Positions 1-9,704 of a stretch of 64,000 bases of DNA are shown in pieces; the first letter of the stretch is position 1; every line of letters begins with the position of its first letter. A model generated the notes under the pieces. The model was not told where the DNA came from, did no database searches, and saw nothing but the letters and a program-made list of their open reading frames with translations. Where the stretch lies: contig JBBABV010000002.1 of NCBI GenBank assembly GCA_041657445.1, forward strand, positions 3,364 to 67,363. The letters run 5' to 3'. Source of the stretch: Minisyncoccota bacterium. GTDB lineage: Bacteria; Patescibacteriota; Minisyncoccia; Phycocordibacterales; UBA9973. The position numbers were made by a program, and so were the translations under genes.

Positions 1-1095
1 ACATATTCGTTTATTGATCGTGGTGGTCGTGATGTAACTTTACGGCCAGAAATGACGCCAACGGTTGCCCGTATGGTTGCGAACAAAAGAAAAACCCTGT
101 TTTTCCCGCTACGATGGTACTCTATACCGAATTGCTTCAGGTATGAACGTCCACAGCGTGGACGGCTTCGTGAATTCTGGCAACTTAATGTCGATCTACT
201 AGGAACAGATAGCTTGTTTGCTGATGCTGAAATAATAAAAATAGCCTATGACATAATGGACGCTTTTGGCGCAGACCCGAAAACTTTTGTGATCAAAGTA
301 AACAACAGGAAGCTTATGAATGAATTCTTTAAAGAGATTCTAAAACTTGATGAAGAAAAATCCTATCGTCTTTCAAAGCTTATCGATAAAAAATCAAAAG
401 TTTCCGAGAAAGAGTTCACGGAAGAGTCAGAAAGCCTTGTAGGGAACCAAAGAGAACTCCTTGATGCGTTTTTAAAAGCAACTACGCTCGACGAATTGCC
501 AGAAATCATTAGTGATTCCAAAAATTTAAAAGAGTTAAGAGATGTCATGAACACTTTAAATTCTCAGGGTGTTAAAAACTGTATATTTGACCCGACACTT
601 ATGCGAGGTTTTGACTACTACACAGGAATTGTTTTTGAAGTTTTTGATTTGAACCCATTAAATAACCGCTCACTCTTTGGAGGTGGACGATATGATAATC
701 TAGTTGATTTGTTTGGAGTGGAACCAGTACCGGCAGTGGGATTCGGCATGGGAGATCTAACTATGCAAACTTATTTAGAAACCTATAACTTAACGCCAAA
801 GCTCGAAACAAAAATAGATGTGATCATTTGTATGCTCGATAAGCAAATCATTACCCAAGCAGTAGAGCTTGCAACAGTGTTGAGGAAAAATGGTGTAACT
901 GTCGTTATTGATTATACCGATAAAAAAATGGGCCAAAAAATAAAAAACGCAGATAAAAAACAAATTCCTTTTGTTGTTATTTATGGACCGGAAGAAGTAG
1001 CACGCAATGAGGTGACTATCAAAATGATGAAAACAGGTAAACAGAAAACTATTCCGCAAAATCAAATTACTAATTACTTTAAGGGATACAACTAA
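1..1095 (+). CDS. hisS: Histidyl-tRNA synthetase (5' end outside window)
   Basis: Frame open from base 1 (LRPEMTP); class II motif 2 FRYERPQRGRLREF, RGFDYYTG, GGGRYD; C-terminal anticodon-binding domain present. Confidence 0.95.
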   Translation, partial: TYSFIDRGGRDVTLRPEMTPTVARMVANKRKTLFFPLRWYSIPNCFRYERPQRGRLREFWQLNVDLLGTDSLFADAEIIKIAYDIMDAFGADPKTFVIKVNNRKLMNEFFKEILKLDEEKSYRLSKLIDKKSKVSEKEFTEESESLVGNQRELLDAFLKATTLDELPEIISDSKNLKELRDVMNTLNSQGVKNCIFDPTLMRGFDYYTGIVFEVFDLNPLNNRSLFGGGRYDNLVDLFGVEPVPAVGFGMGDLTMQTYLETYNLTPKLETKIDVIICMLDKQIITQAVELATVLRKNGVTVVIDYTDKKMGQKIKNADKKQIPFVVIYGPEEVARNEVTIKMMKTGKQKTIPQNQITNYFKGYN

Positions 1096-1097
1096 AT

Positions 1098-1712
1098 ATG
1101 AAAAATGATAGATTAAAAATTGCGATACAGAAAAAAGGGAGACTAAGTGAAGCTAGTTTGGCATTTCTTAATTCTCTTGGTCTTAAATTTATACCTAATG
1201 GTCATTATTTAATACAAAAGTGTGAGAATAAAGATATAGATCTTATTCTCTTACGCGATGATGATATTCCCGAGTATGTCAGCCGGGGTGTCGCTGATTT
1301 TGCAATTATTGGGGAAAACGTTCTCTTGGAAAAGCAGATGAGCGCAGATGTAATTCGTGAATTAGATTTTGCTAAATGTCGCTTGGATATTGCTGTGCCT
1401 GAAAATTCATCAATTAAAACACCCGAGGATTTAGAGGGAGAACGCATAGCAACTACCTACCCCGAGCTATTAAAAGCATACTTAGCCAAAAATAATATCA
1501 ACTCCGCCATTATTCCCATTCAGGGTTCTGTAGAAATAACCCCTGAACTAAATTTAGCTGATGCAATTTGTGATGTGGTGCAAACTGGCAATACTTTGAA
1601 AGCCCACAATCTAAAATCCCTCGTAACGATTTTAGAATCTAAAGCTTTATTAATTACAAATAATGTCCCGAAGGAAGGTAAAGAAGCATTAAAAGAACTC
1701 TTACTAAAATAA
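1098..1712 (+). CDS. hisG: ATP phosphoribosyltransferase, short form (204 aa)
   Basis: IAIQKKGRL, RDDDIP, RIATTYP, GSVE, DAICDVVQTGNTL; no C-terminal regulatory domain. Confidence 0.95.
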   Translation: MKNDRLKIAIQKKGRLSEASLAFLNSLGLKFIPNGHYLIQKCENKDIDLILLRDDDIPEYVSRGVADFAIIGENVLLEKQMSADVIRELDFAKCRLDIAVPENSSIKTPEDLEGERIATTYPELLKAYLAKNNINSAIIPIQGSVEITPELNLADAICDVVQTGNTLKAHNLKSLVTILESKALLITNNVPKEGKEALKELLLK

Positions 1713-1715
1713 TCT

Positions 1716-2321
1716 ATGAAAAAGATAAACACCAAAAAAATAAATTGGGAAAAGGTTAACGGCCTTATCCCCGCCGTAATTCAAGATTTTTCTACTGGGT
1801 TGGTTTTAATGCTTGGTTACATGAATCAAGAAGCACTCACAAAAACTATGAAAAATGGCTTTGTGTGGTTTTATAGCCGAACCAGAAAAAAATTGTGGAT
1901 GAAGGGTGAAACCAGTGGCAATACTTTAAAAGTTCTGGATATAAAGCTAGATTGTGACAACGATACCTTACTTATCAAAGCCTTACCCAAAGGACATGTT
2001 TGTCACACAGGAGAACTAACATGTTTTTTTGAGACTCCAACGAATAACCCTATAAGAGATTTATTTACTACAATTATCAGTCGCAAAAATAAACTTCCAA
2101 AAGGGTCATATACAACTTCTCTCTTCAAAGCTGGCTTGGATAAAATTTCCTTGAAAGTGGCTGAGGAATCTTTAGAAGTTGTTCACGCTGCACAAAAACA
2201 AACACAAAAACGGCTCGTCGAAGAAGCTGTCGATCTCTTCTATCACCTTTTTGTCCTATTAGCAGAAAAAGAGATCACTTTAGAACAGGTCGAATCTGAA
2301 ATTAAAAAACGCCAGAAATAA
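1716..2321 (+). CDS. hisIE: Bifunctional PR-AMP cyclohydrolase / PR-ATP pyrophosphatase
   Basis: WMKGETSGN, DCDNDTLL, CHTG; SYTTSLF..KVAEE, EAVDLFYH. Confidence 0.95.
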   Translation: MKKINTKKINWEKVNGLIPAVIQDFSTGLVLMLGYMNQEALTKTMKNGFVWFYSRTRKKLWMKGETSGNTLKVLDIKLDCDNDTLLIKALPKGHVCHTGELTCFFETPTNNPIRDLFTTIISRKNKLPKGSYTTSLFKAGLDKISLKVAEESLEVVHAAQKQTQKRLVEEAVDLFYHLFVLLAEKEITLEQVESEIKKRQK

Positions 2322-2336
2322 ACTATAAAATAATTT

Positions 2337-3629
2337 ATGAAAATATTATCTACAAAAAAATATTCTCCATCAAAAATAATGAATATTATTCAACGGAAAC
2401 AAAGCCAGAAAGCTGACGTAGAAAAAGTAGTACGAAATATCATTCAGAGTGTCCGTAAGGATAAAGATAAAGCGTTATTTTCTCTGTCTGAACAGTTCGA
2501 TGGAGTTAAACTAAAAACACTCGGAGTTTTTAGAGAAGAAATTCTCGAAGCCTATACGCAGGAATCCAAAGAAGTTGTAAAAGCCCTAAAGGTAGCCAAA
2601 GCTAATATAGAAAAGTTCCACAAAAATAACGTAAAGAAGAAAGAAACTCCTATTGCAACAGCCAAGGGTGTAGAAGTTTGGCGAGAGTTTAGACCTATTG
2701 AAAAGATAGGACTTTACATTCCTGGAGGAAAAGCGGCCTATCCATCTACAGTTCTTATGCTCGGAGTACCGGCTAAAATTGCAGGTTGTAGTGAAATTGT
2801 TTTATGCGTACCGCCCGGGAAAGATGGCAAAGTTCCTAGTGTTGTGTTGGTCGCAGCCGATATCTGTGGTATATCAAAAATTTTCAAAGTCGGAGGTGCT
2901 CAAGCAATCGCCGCTATGGCTTATGGTACCGAATCAATACCAAAGGTTTCAAAAATATTTGGACCGGGGAATCAATACGTAACGACAGCCAAGATGCTCG
3001 TGTATGGAGAAGTTGATATAGATATGCCAGCAGGACCTTCAGAGGTTCTGGTATTTGCTGATACGACCGCCAATCCTGCTTGGGTAGCGGCTGACTTACT
3101 GTCTCAACTTGAACACGGAGAAGACTCTCAAGCAATACTGGTTACGGGATCACAAGTCATTGCCAGCCAAGTTTTAGCTGAAGTTAGGAAACAAACAAAA
3201 AATCTCTCACGAAAAGAGATTATTAAACAATCTCTTAAAAAAAGTTTTGCGGTTGTTGTGGAAAACGAAAATCAAGCGTGTAAACTCATTAACGAATACG
3301 CCCCTGAACACTTAGAAATTATAAGTGAAAATGAAAAGCAGATACTTGAGAAAATTAACAATGCAGGTTCGGTATTCTTGGGCCCTTATTCAAGTGAACC
3401 TTTAGGTGACTATGCGACTGGCAGTAATCACACCTTACCTACTTCCGGATACGCCAAAATGTTCTCAGCACTCTCCGTCGAATCATTTGGCAAGAAGATG
3501 CAAATTCAACGTGTTACTAAAGACGGAATTAAAAGACTAAAAACTACAGTTGAAGTTCTGGCCAAGAGAGAAAGACTAGATGCTCACAAGAATGCAATTA
3601 GTATTAGATTCAATAAAATTTATGATTAA
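2337..3629 (+). CDS. hisD: Histidinol dehydrogenase
   Basis: GLYIPGG, GGAQAIAA, GPGNQYV, IDMPAGPSE, APEHL, GDYATGSNHTLPT. Confidence 0.97.
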   Translation: MKILSTKKYSPSKIMNIIQRKQSQKADVEKVVRNIIQSVRKDKDKALFSLSEQFDGVKLKTLGVFREEILEAYTQESKEVVKALKVAKANIEKFHKNNVKKKETPIATAKGVEVWREFRPIEKIGLYIPGGKAAYPSTVLMLGVPAKIAGCSEIVLCVPPGKDGKVPSVVLVAADICGISKIFKVGGAQAIAAMAYGTESIPKVSKIFGPGNQYVTTAKMLVYGEVDIDMPAGPSEVLVFADTTANPAWVAADLLSQLEHGEDSQAILVTGSQVIASQVLAEVRKQTKNLSRKEIIKQSLKKSFAVVVENENQACKLINEYAPEHLEIISENEKQILEKINNAGSVFLGPYSSEPLGDYATGSNHTLPTSGYAKMFSALSVESFGKKMQIQRVTKDGIKRLKTTVEVLAKRERLDAHKNAISIRFNKIYD

Positions 3630-4662
3630 TTCATTAGTGCGTTCAAACTTAAGAAACTTTAAACCATATAGCTCAGCTCGCAGCCTTTATCAAAAGGGAG
3701 TATTTATGGATGCCAATGAGAACTCTCTGGGTAGTGTAATTTCTACAGAATACAGTTCTGAACTAAATCGTTACCCAGATCCTTTATCTATGGATCTGAG
3801 AAAAGCCTTAGGGAAATTCTTAGATATTTCAGAAAAAAATATCTTTGTAGGGAGTGGATCGGATGAAATAATCGATTTGTTGATTCGCCTTTTTGTAGAA
3901 CAGGACGAAGAAATAATTGTAGAAGAACCATCTTATGGAATGTATAAGGTAGCTGCTGAAGTTGCGGGAGTAAAAGTAAAAAGCGTCCTATTAAAAGCAG
4001 ATTTTCAGATAGATATTTCAAACTTACTTTCTCAAATTACCTTTAAGACTAAAATTATTTTCCTTTGCTCACCGAACAATCCGACAGGAGCTTTGATAAG
4101 TTTTGAAGATATAGAAAATATCTGCAAGAACTTCAAAGGAATAGTAGTCGTAGATGAAGCGTATGTAGAATTTTCCTCCAAACCCTCTCTAGTGAATAAA
4201 GTCTCCAGTATAGAAAACTTGGTTGTCCTTCGAACATTTTCTAAGGCGTGGGGGTTAGCCGGTATAAGGGTTGGATATGCTGTAGCACAAGAAGAAATAA
4301 TTGATTACTTAAACAAAATAAAATTGCCCTATAACTTGAATCGCATTTCAAGCAAACTTGCTATTGAAGCTTTGGGTGAATACCAAAAAATGCTGGAGCT
4401 TAGAGAAATTATCCTGGGTGAACGAGAAAAACTGGCAAACGACTTAATCGACTTGGACTTTAAGGTTTTTCCCAGTGAAGCTAATTTTTTACTGGTTAAT
4501 TACCCAAATGCTTCAGAGGTCGCTAAAACCCTTGCTTTGGAGTATGGAATTATTATTAGAGATTTTGGTTCCAAACCAATGCTTAAGGACTGCGTACGAA
4601 TATCTGTAGGATCGTCAGAACAGAATGATTTATTAATAAAATCACTAAAGAAAATTTTATGA
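3622..4662 (+). CDS. hisC: Histidinol-phosphate aminotransferase
   Basis: DANEN, NRYPD, GSDEII, CSPNNPTG, DEAY, RTFSKAWGLAG; ATG at 3622 overlaps hisD end. Confidence 0.95.
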   Translation: MINSLVRSNLRNFKPYSSARSLYQKGVFMDANENSLGSVISTEYSSELNRYPDPLSMDLRKALGKFLDISEKNIFVGSGSDEIIDLLIRLFVEQDEEIIVEEPSYGMYKVAAEVAGVKVKSVLLKADFQIDISNLLSQITFKTKIIFLCSPNNPTGALISFEDIENICKNFKGIVVVDEAYVEFSSKPSLVNKVSSIENLVVLRTFSKAWGLAGIRVGYAVAQEEIIDYLNKIKLPYNLNRISSKLAIEALGEYQKMLELREIILGEREKLANDLIDLDFKVFPSEANFLLVNYPNASEVAKTLALEYGIIIRDFGSKPMLKDCVRISVGSSEQNDLLIKSLKKIL

Positions 4663-5720
4663 AAAAATCTATAGAAAAATTGAAGGTGGCATTCCTAGAC
4701 CGTGACGGGGTTCTGATTTATGAACCACAAGATACTAAACAAATTGATAGCCTAGAAAAGTTACAGATTTTGCCTAAAGTAATAACTGGACTGAAGACCC
4801 TCTTAAATTCTGGCTACAAACTAGTCATGGTATCTAATCAGGACGGTCTGGGTACAAAATCTTTTCCCACTGTTGATTTTGAGGTGGTGCAAAATAAATT
4901 ACTTGAGATTTTTAAAGAAGAAGAAATTTCCTTTTCCGAGATCTTTATCTGTCCACACTTCGAAAGTGATAAATGTAGTTGCAGAAAACCCAAAACAGGG
5001 CTTTTAGAAAAATTCTTATCTACAAACCTAATAGATTTAGAAAAGTCATTTGTTGTAGGAGATAGAAAAAGCGACGAGGAATTAGCTAAAAACCTCGGGG
5101 TTAAATTTTATCAAGTTGAAGTAAATGGATCTTTCCCAAGACTAGGTTCTGTCGAAAGAAATACCAAAGAGACAGAAGTGTTCATAAGATGTAATCTTGA
5201 TGGGCAAGGCATATTCAACATTGATACAGGAGTAAATTTCTTTAATCACATGTTAGAGCAATTTTCTAAGCACTCTCTTATTGATATAGACATCAAAGCA
5301 AATGGGGGCTTGAAAGTAGATGATCACCACACAATAGAAGATGTCGGTTTATCACTTGGGCAGGCCTTATTACAAGCCCTAAGCGACAGAAAAGGTATTA
5401 GGCGCTATGGCTTCCTATTACCTATGGATGACACCTTGGTGGAAGTAGCGATTGATTTGGGCGGTAGACCTTACCTAGTATTTAACTGCGACTTTAAAAG
5501 AGAAAAAGTCGGAGATTTACCTACTGAAATGGTCGAACACTTTTTCAGATCGGTAGCTGAATCTTTGAAAGCAAATATTCACATTAATGTTAAATACAGC
5601 AAAAATGAGCACCACAAAATTGAGGCAATTTTTAAGGCCTTTGCAAAATCTTTACGGATGGCAGTCGAAGCAGATTCTAGGCAAAAAGATAAACTACCTT
5701 CTACCAAGGGAATATTATGA
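4659..5720 (+). CDS. hisB: Bifunctional histidinol-phosphatase / IGP dehydratase
   Basis: HAD motif FLDRDG, NQDG, CRKP; IGPD motifs FFNHML, DHHTIED, NEHHKIE. Confidence 0.95.
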   Translation: MKKSIEKLKVAFLDRDGVLIYEPQDTKQIDSLEKLQILPKVITGLKTLLNSGYKLVMVSNQDGLGTKSFPTVDFEVVQNKLLEIFKEEEISFSEIFICPHFESDKCSCRKPKTGLLEKFLSTNLIDLEKSFVVGDRKSDEELAKNLGVKFYQVEVNGSFPRLGSVERNTKETEVFIRCNLDGQGIFNIDTGVNFFNHMLEQFSKHSLIDIDIKANGGLKVDDHHTIEDVGLSLGQALLQALSDRKGIRRYGFLLPMDDTLVEVAIDLGGRPYLVFNCDFKREKVGDLPTEMVEHFFRSVAESLKANIHINVKYSKNEHHKIEAIFKAFAKSLRMAVEADSRQKDKLPSTKGIL

Positions 5721-6304
5721 AAATAGCAATCATTGATTATGGAGCAAGTAATTTGCAGAGTGTAGCCAATGCGTTAACTTCGCTTGGCAAATCTTTTGAA
5801 ATTGTCAGTGACCCAGAGAAACTTACTGATTTTGATAAGGTTATTTTACCTGGTGTGGGAGCTGCGGGTAGCGCAATGAAAAAACTTATCAAAAGTGGTT
5901 TTGCTGAAATCTTACCCAAATTGAAAGTCCCAACCTTGGGAGTATGTTTGGGATTGCAGTTATTTGCCGATTTCTCCGAAGAAGATAACACAAAGTGCCT
6001 ATCAATAATCCCTGGTGAAGTGAACAAATTCCAAACTGAACTAAAAGTTCCACATATGGGTTGGAATAAAGTTGAGTTTGTAAAAAATTCCTCCCTAGTT
6101 GCCGGCATCCCCAACAACAGCTTCTTCTATTTCGTGCACTCGTATTGCCTTGAAACTGAAGATAAATTTATTATAGGAAAAACAGCTTATGGCATTAATT
6201 TCCCAGCAATCGTTCAGAAAGACAACTTCTATGCTGTGCAGTTTCACCCTGAAAAATCTGGACAATGGGGACTAAAATTATTAGCTAACTTCTGTGATTT
6301 ATGA
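5717..6304 (+). CDS. hisH: Imidazole glycerol phosphate synthase glutaminase subunit
   Basis: ILPGVG, GVCLGLQ, PHMGWN, YFVHSY, QFHPEKS. Confidence 0.96.
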   Translation: MKIAIIDYGASNLQSVANALTSLGKSFEIVSDPEKLTDFDKVILPGVGAAGSAMKKLIKSGFAEILPKLKVPTLGVCLGLQLFADFSEEDNTKCLSIIPGEVNKFQTELKVPHMGWNKVEFVKNSSLVAGIPNNSFFYFVHSYCLETEDKFIIGKTAYGINFPAIVQKDNFYAVQFHPEKSGQWGLKLLANFCDL

Positions 6305-7788
6305 TAATTATTCCCGCCATAGATATTTTTGATGGAAAATGTGTGCGTCTCACACAAGGCGATTTTGGTCTGTCAAAGACATATAATGAAAACCCTGTTG
6401 CTGTAGCTAAAGAATTTGAAAGACTGGGAGCGCAATTCTTGCACATCATTGATTTAGAAGGGGCTAAAGAAAGACGACCGATGAATAAAGAAATAATTTT
6501 AGCCATAGTGAAGGCAGTTCAAATTCCTGTCCAAGTTGGAGGTGGTATTCGTTCTTATGATGACGCAAAGGTCTATCTAGAAAATGGAGTCGCTAGAATT
6601 ATTCTTAGTTCTATCATTATTGAAAACCCCAAAATGTTAGAGAAGTTGGTGAAGGAATTTGGAAGCTCAAAAATAGTTTTTTCGCTTGATATACGAAATG
6701 GACAATTTGCCAGCGCTGGCTGGAAAGATTTGGAGAAAAAATCTATTGCCGACATTCTTGAGTTTATCAAAACAATAAGAATAAAAACGATCATTGTGAC
6801 GGATGTTGCCAAGGATGGAATGCTCGAAGGGCCTAATTTGGAGTTAATGAAACAGATGCTTAAAGAAAAATTGGAGATTATAACTGCCGGGGGTGTTTCT
6901 TCAATTTCCGATCTATTAGAACTGAAAAAAATAAGAATAAAAAGCGTAATTATTGGTAAAGCACTTTACGAAGGAAAGATTGATCTACAAGAAGCCCTTA
7001 ATTTTACTAAACTTGTTTCTAATTTAACCAAAAGGATTATCCCTTGTTTGGATGTAAAAGATGGGAAGGTCGTTAAAGGTGTTCGTTTTCGTGACCACGC
7101 TGTAATTGGAGATATTGTCGAACTTGCTAAACGATATAGCGACGAAGGAGCTGATGAATTAGTTTTCTATGACATTACCGCCAGCACGGAAGCCAGAACT
7201 GTATCAATTGATTGGGTAAAAAAAGTATCCAAAGTAATTAATATTCCATTTTGCGTGGCCGGTGGTATTACCTCGGTTGAAGATGCAAGAAAAATCTTAC
7301 AAAGTGGTGCGGATAAAATTTCCATTAATTCGCCTGCACTTGAAAATCCAGATCTGATTAATAATCTGGTTAAAGAATTTGGCTCTCAGGCTGTTGTGGT
7401 TGGAATAGATAGTCTAAAAGAAGGCGACGAGTATTTTGTAAAACAATACACTGGTGATCCAGACAAAACTCAATCAACCAAATGGCTTACTTTTGATTGG
7501 GCACTAGAGGCTCAAAATCGAGGTGCTGGTGAAATAGTGCTTAATTGCATGAACCAAGACGGAACTCGTAAAGGTTATGACATTGATCAGCTTAAGGTAT
7601 TGTCTAAATTACTCACAATCCCCGTAGTCGCTTCTGGTGGAGCAGGTTCAGCCGAAGATTTTGTGAAAGTTTTTCAGGAAACTAATGTTGATGCAGGATT
7701 AGCCGCAAGTATTTTTCACAGCAGAAAAATTTCTATCCTAGACCTAAAAAACGTTCTAAAGGAAAATAATATACAAATTCGTTTATGA
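6301..7788 (+). CDS. hisA/hisF: HisA-HisF fusion (ProFAR isomerase + IGP synthase cyclase)
   Basis: N-half [29 protein letters not shown] (HisA); C-half [35 protein letters not shown] (HisF); one continuous ORF. Confidence 0.93.
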   Translation: MIIIPAIDIFDGKCVRLTQGDFGLSKTYNENPVAVAKEFERLGAQFLHIIDLEGAKERRPMNKEIILAIVKAVQIPVQVGGGIRSYDDAKVYLENGVARIILSSIIIENPKMLEKLVKEFGSSKIVFSLDIRNGQFASAGWKDLEKKSIADILEFIKTIRIKTIIVTDVAKDGMLEGPNLELMKQMLKEKLEIITAGGVSSISDLLELKKIRIKSVIIGKALYEGKIDLQEALNFTKLVSNLTKRIIPCLDVKDGKVVKGVRFRDHAVIGDIVELAKRYSDEGADELVFYDITASTEARTVSIDWVKKVSKVINIPFCVAGGITSVEDARKILQSGADKISINSPALENPDLINNLVKEFGSQAVVVGIDSLKEGDEYFVKQYTGDPDKTQSTKWLTFDWALEAQNRGAGEIVLNCMNQDGTRKGYDIDQLKVLSKLLTIPVVASGGAGSAEDFVKVFQETNVDAGLAASIFHSRKISILDLKNVLKENNIQIRL

Positions 7789-7789
7789 A

Positions 7790-7823
7790 AACAAAAAACC
7801 ACCCAACAGGGTGATTTTTTGTT
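7790..7823 (+). terminator. Intrinsic terminator after his operon
   Basis: CACCC-aaca-GGGTG stem flanked by A- and T-tracts. Confidence 0.7.
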
Positions 7824-7900
7824 CTGAATACTGCTCTCAGCAGGTATGCTATGACTGAATAGTTTCTTGAGTGGTTTCGACGCATCTCGTGCGGGATAAC

Positions 7901-7918
7901 CTAGCTCAAGCTGGCTGG
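7901..7918. repeat. Distal att-like direct repeat of the tRNA-Gln 3' end
   Basis: CTAGCTCAAGCTGGCTGG matches CTAGCTCAAGTTGGCTGG at 21539-21556 (17/18). Confidence 0.75.
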
Positions 7919-7982
7919 CGTCCTTGAGCCAGAACCGTGGTCGGTCAAGCCCCGTAAGGACATTTTTAATACCTTTATTCTA

Positions 7983-8132
7983 TCATTTCGACGGTCTTTG
8001 AGCAGTAGGTTTTTTATACCGATCTGGATTCTGCTTTTTATCTTGCTCTAATAGCCATTGAAAGACTGCCACCACTCTATCGGTTTCTTCCTTAGTCCAA
8101 TTTTTAGGATTTCTTTTATCTTCTTGATTCAT
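7983..8132 (-). CDS. Small hypothetical protein (49 aa)
   Basis: Manual translation MNQEDKRNPKNWTKEETDRVVAVFQWLLEQDKKQNPDRYKKPTAQRPSK; co-oriented downstream of cap15; below the ORF-track cutoff. Confidence 0.5.
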   Translation of the reverse strand: MNQEDKRNPKNWTKEETDRVVAVFQWLLEQDKKQNPDRYKKPTAQRPSK

Positions 8133-8177
8133 AAAAAGTGACAAAAGTGACACAGGTTTGAGTATAAAAGTTACAGA

Positions 8178-8777
8178 CTACTGCAACTTTTTAACCTCAA
8201 AAGAGCCTGTATTATTACGATCTCTGCCCGAGTAATACTCTGTTTGAAGTATTCCTTCATCTTCCAGTTTTGCAGATGCTGACCCCTCATGTATGTGCAT
8301 ACTTTCGGGAGCATTATCTTTTGGTTTGTTTCTGTATTGATAATGTATTCGAGCTGTTCCAAATTCATCAACATTCATTGATGCCTCAAAACTAAAAGAT
8401 TCTGATGTCTCTGTTTCTAGGTAAATCAGCATGTGTGTCCATGTTTGTTTGATACAAAATTTTTTTATCGGTATTGGACCATTAGCATGATTTGAATGAG
8501 AAGTTATATTTCCAGACCAGTTTCCATCTACGATAGGAGTTTTTATATTAGTAATTTTGCGAATAAAATTATTTCTCCACAACTTAGTCTCGAACCACTT
8601 ATGTAAAATTCCGTAAAAACCAATCACCGAAGGAGCCTCAACCCACCACGGAAGTGCAAAGATATTTTGTGAGAAAAGATATAAACCCCAGGCAAGCAAT
8701 ATAGACAATACCGCAAGGTAGAGCGATACATACTTGTGTTCTTCTGAATTTATTGAATATGGATGAATATTTTGCAT
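8178..8777 (-). CDS. cap15: CBASS membrane effector, Cap15-like (2TM + beta-barrel)
   Basis: Two N-terminal TM segments, then P.VDGNWSG and IKQTW...ETETSES.S beta-rich pattern; directly downstream of the CD-NTase. Confidence 0.8.
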   Translation of the reverse strand: MQNIHPYSINSEEHKYVSLYLAVLSILLAWGLYLFSQNIFALPWWVEAPSVIGFYGILHKWFETKLWRNNFIRKITNIKTPIVDGNWSGNITSHSNHANGPIPIKKFCIKQTWTHMLIYLETETSESFSFEASMNVDEFGTARIHYQYRNKPKDNAPESMHIHEGSASAKLEDEGILQTEYYSGRDRNNTGSFEVKKLQ

Positions 8778-8779
8778 AA

Positions 8780-9703
8780 TTATTGATTCCAATTATCCCA
8801 AAGCTCTACAAAAGCACTGATAGTTTTTACTGCATCATCTTGATTCCATTGCTCCTCACTTTCACCAAATAATTCATGAAAATGGTTTTGACACACACAT
8901 TGACCAAGTGGCAATGCAGACCAGAGGTGTTTTAATACGGCGTGTACGGTCGTGGAATGATCACCAGCGAAATGTTCATCAGGGACATTGTAAACTAATG
9001 ACTGTAAGAAATACGATGGTGCTATACCATCGACAAGTTTACCTGTATCAACAAGATGATTTCTCATATTCTTGAAAATTCGTACTGTTGGCTTAAAGCG
9101 TCCACCTGTACGAGTATCTGAATTTTTATTAACTCCATTTTGATAGTGGTGCTCTGGATAATTTATAATTCCACGATTTGTTGTGCGATGATAGAACTTC
9201 ACACCCTCTTCTGCATTATGACTATTGGTACCATAAAAATAATTATATTTACGATAATTTATAACAGGAACAATATCAGCCTTTAATCTTCCTGAAGAAG
9301 GTTTGAGTTTAATTGATTTATTACCACTTGTATCAACGGACAGTAGTCCATAATATTTGGTTAGAGCAGAGATGACATCTCTGCGTAAATCTTGCCAATC
9401 ATAAACAGCACTACTGTATGTCTGGTCATGAGCATTTTTCTGATCATAAGGAAGTTCATGTGCATTATGACCAAATGTGGTTGTTAGTTCGACAACTACA
9501 TCAACATCGCTATCTGCTCGAATATTTGTATCATTTTTATACGATCCCTGGAGATAGATTTTTACCGAGCCATTATTGATACGATCTTTAAGTGGAGACT
9601 GATCGTGTGTTAGTGCAGTCCGGATAGATTCATGTGTTGTTTTTGCTGAAACAGTAGCACCTTGATTCGACCATGTTGTTAGTTGAGAGAGTGGAATTGC
9701 CAT
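8780..9703 (-). CDS. CBASS cyclic dinucleotide synthase (CD-NTase, CdnE-like)
   Basis: IYLQGSYKNDTNIRADSDVDVVV, GNKSIK, ADIVP, INYP, FKPTVRIFKN, APSYFLQSLVYNVP. Confidence 0.9.
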   Translation of the reverse strand: MAIPLSQLTTWSNQGATVSAKTTHESIRTALTHDQSPLKDRINNGSVKIYLQGSYKNDTNIRADSDVDVVVELTTTFGHNAHELPYDQKNAHDQTYSSAVYDWQDLRRDVISALTKYYGLLSVDTSGNKSIKLKPSSGRLKADIVPVINYRKYNYFYGTNSHNAEEGVKFYHRTTNRGIINYPEHHYQNGVNKNSDTRTGGRFKPTVRIFKNMRNHLVDTGKLVDGIAPSYFLQSLVYNVPDEHFAGDHSTTVHAVLKHLWSALPLGQCVCQNHFHELFGESEEQWNQDDAVKTISAFVELWDNWNQ

Positions 9704-9704
9704 A

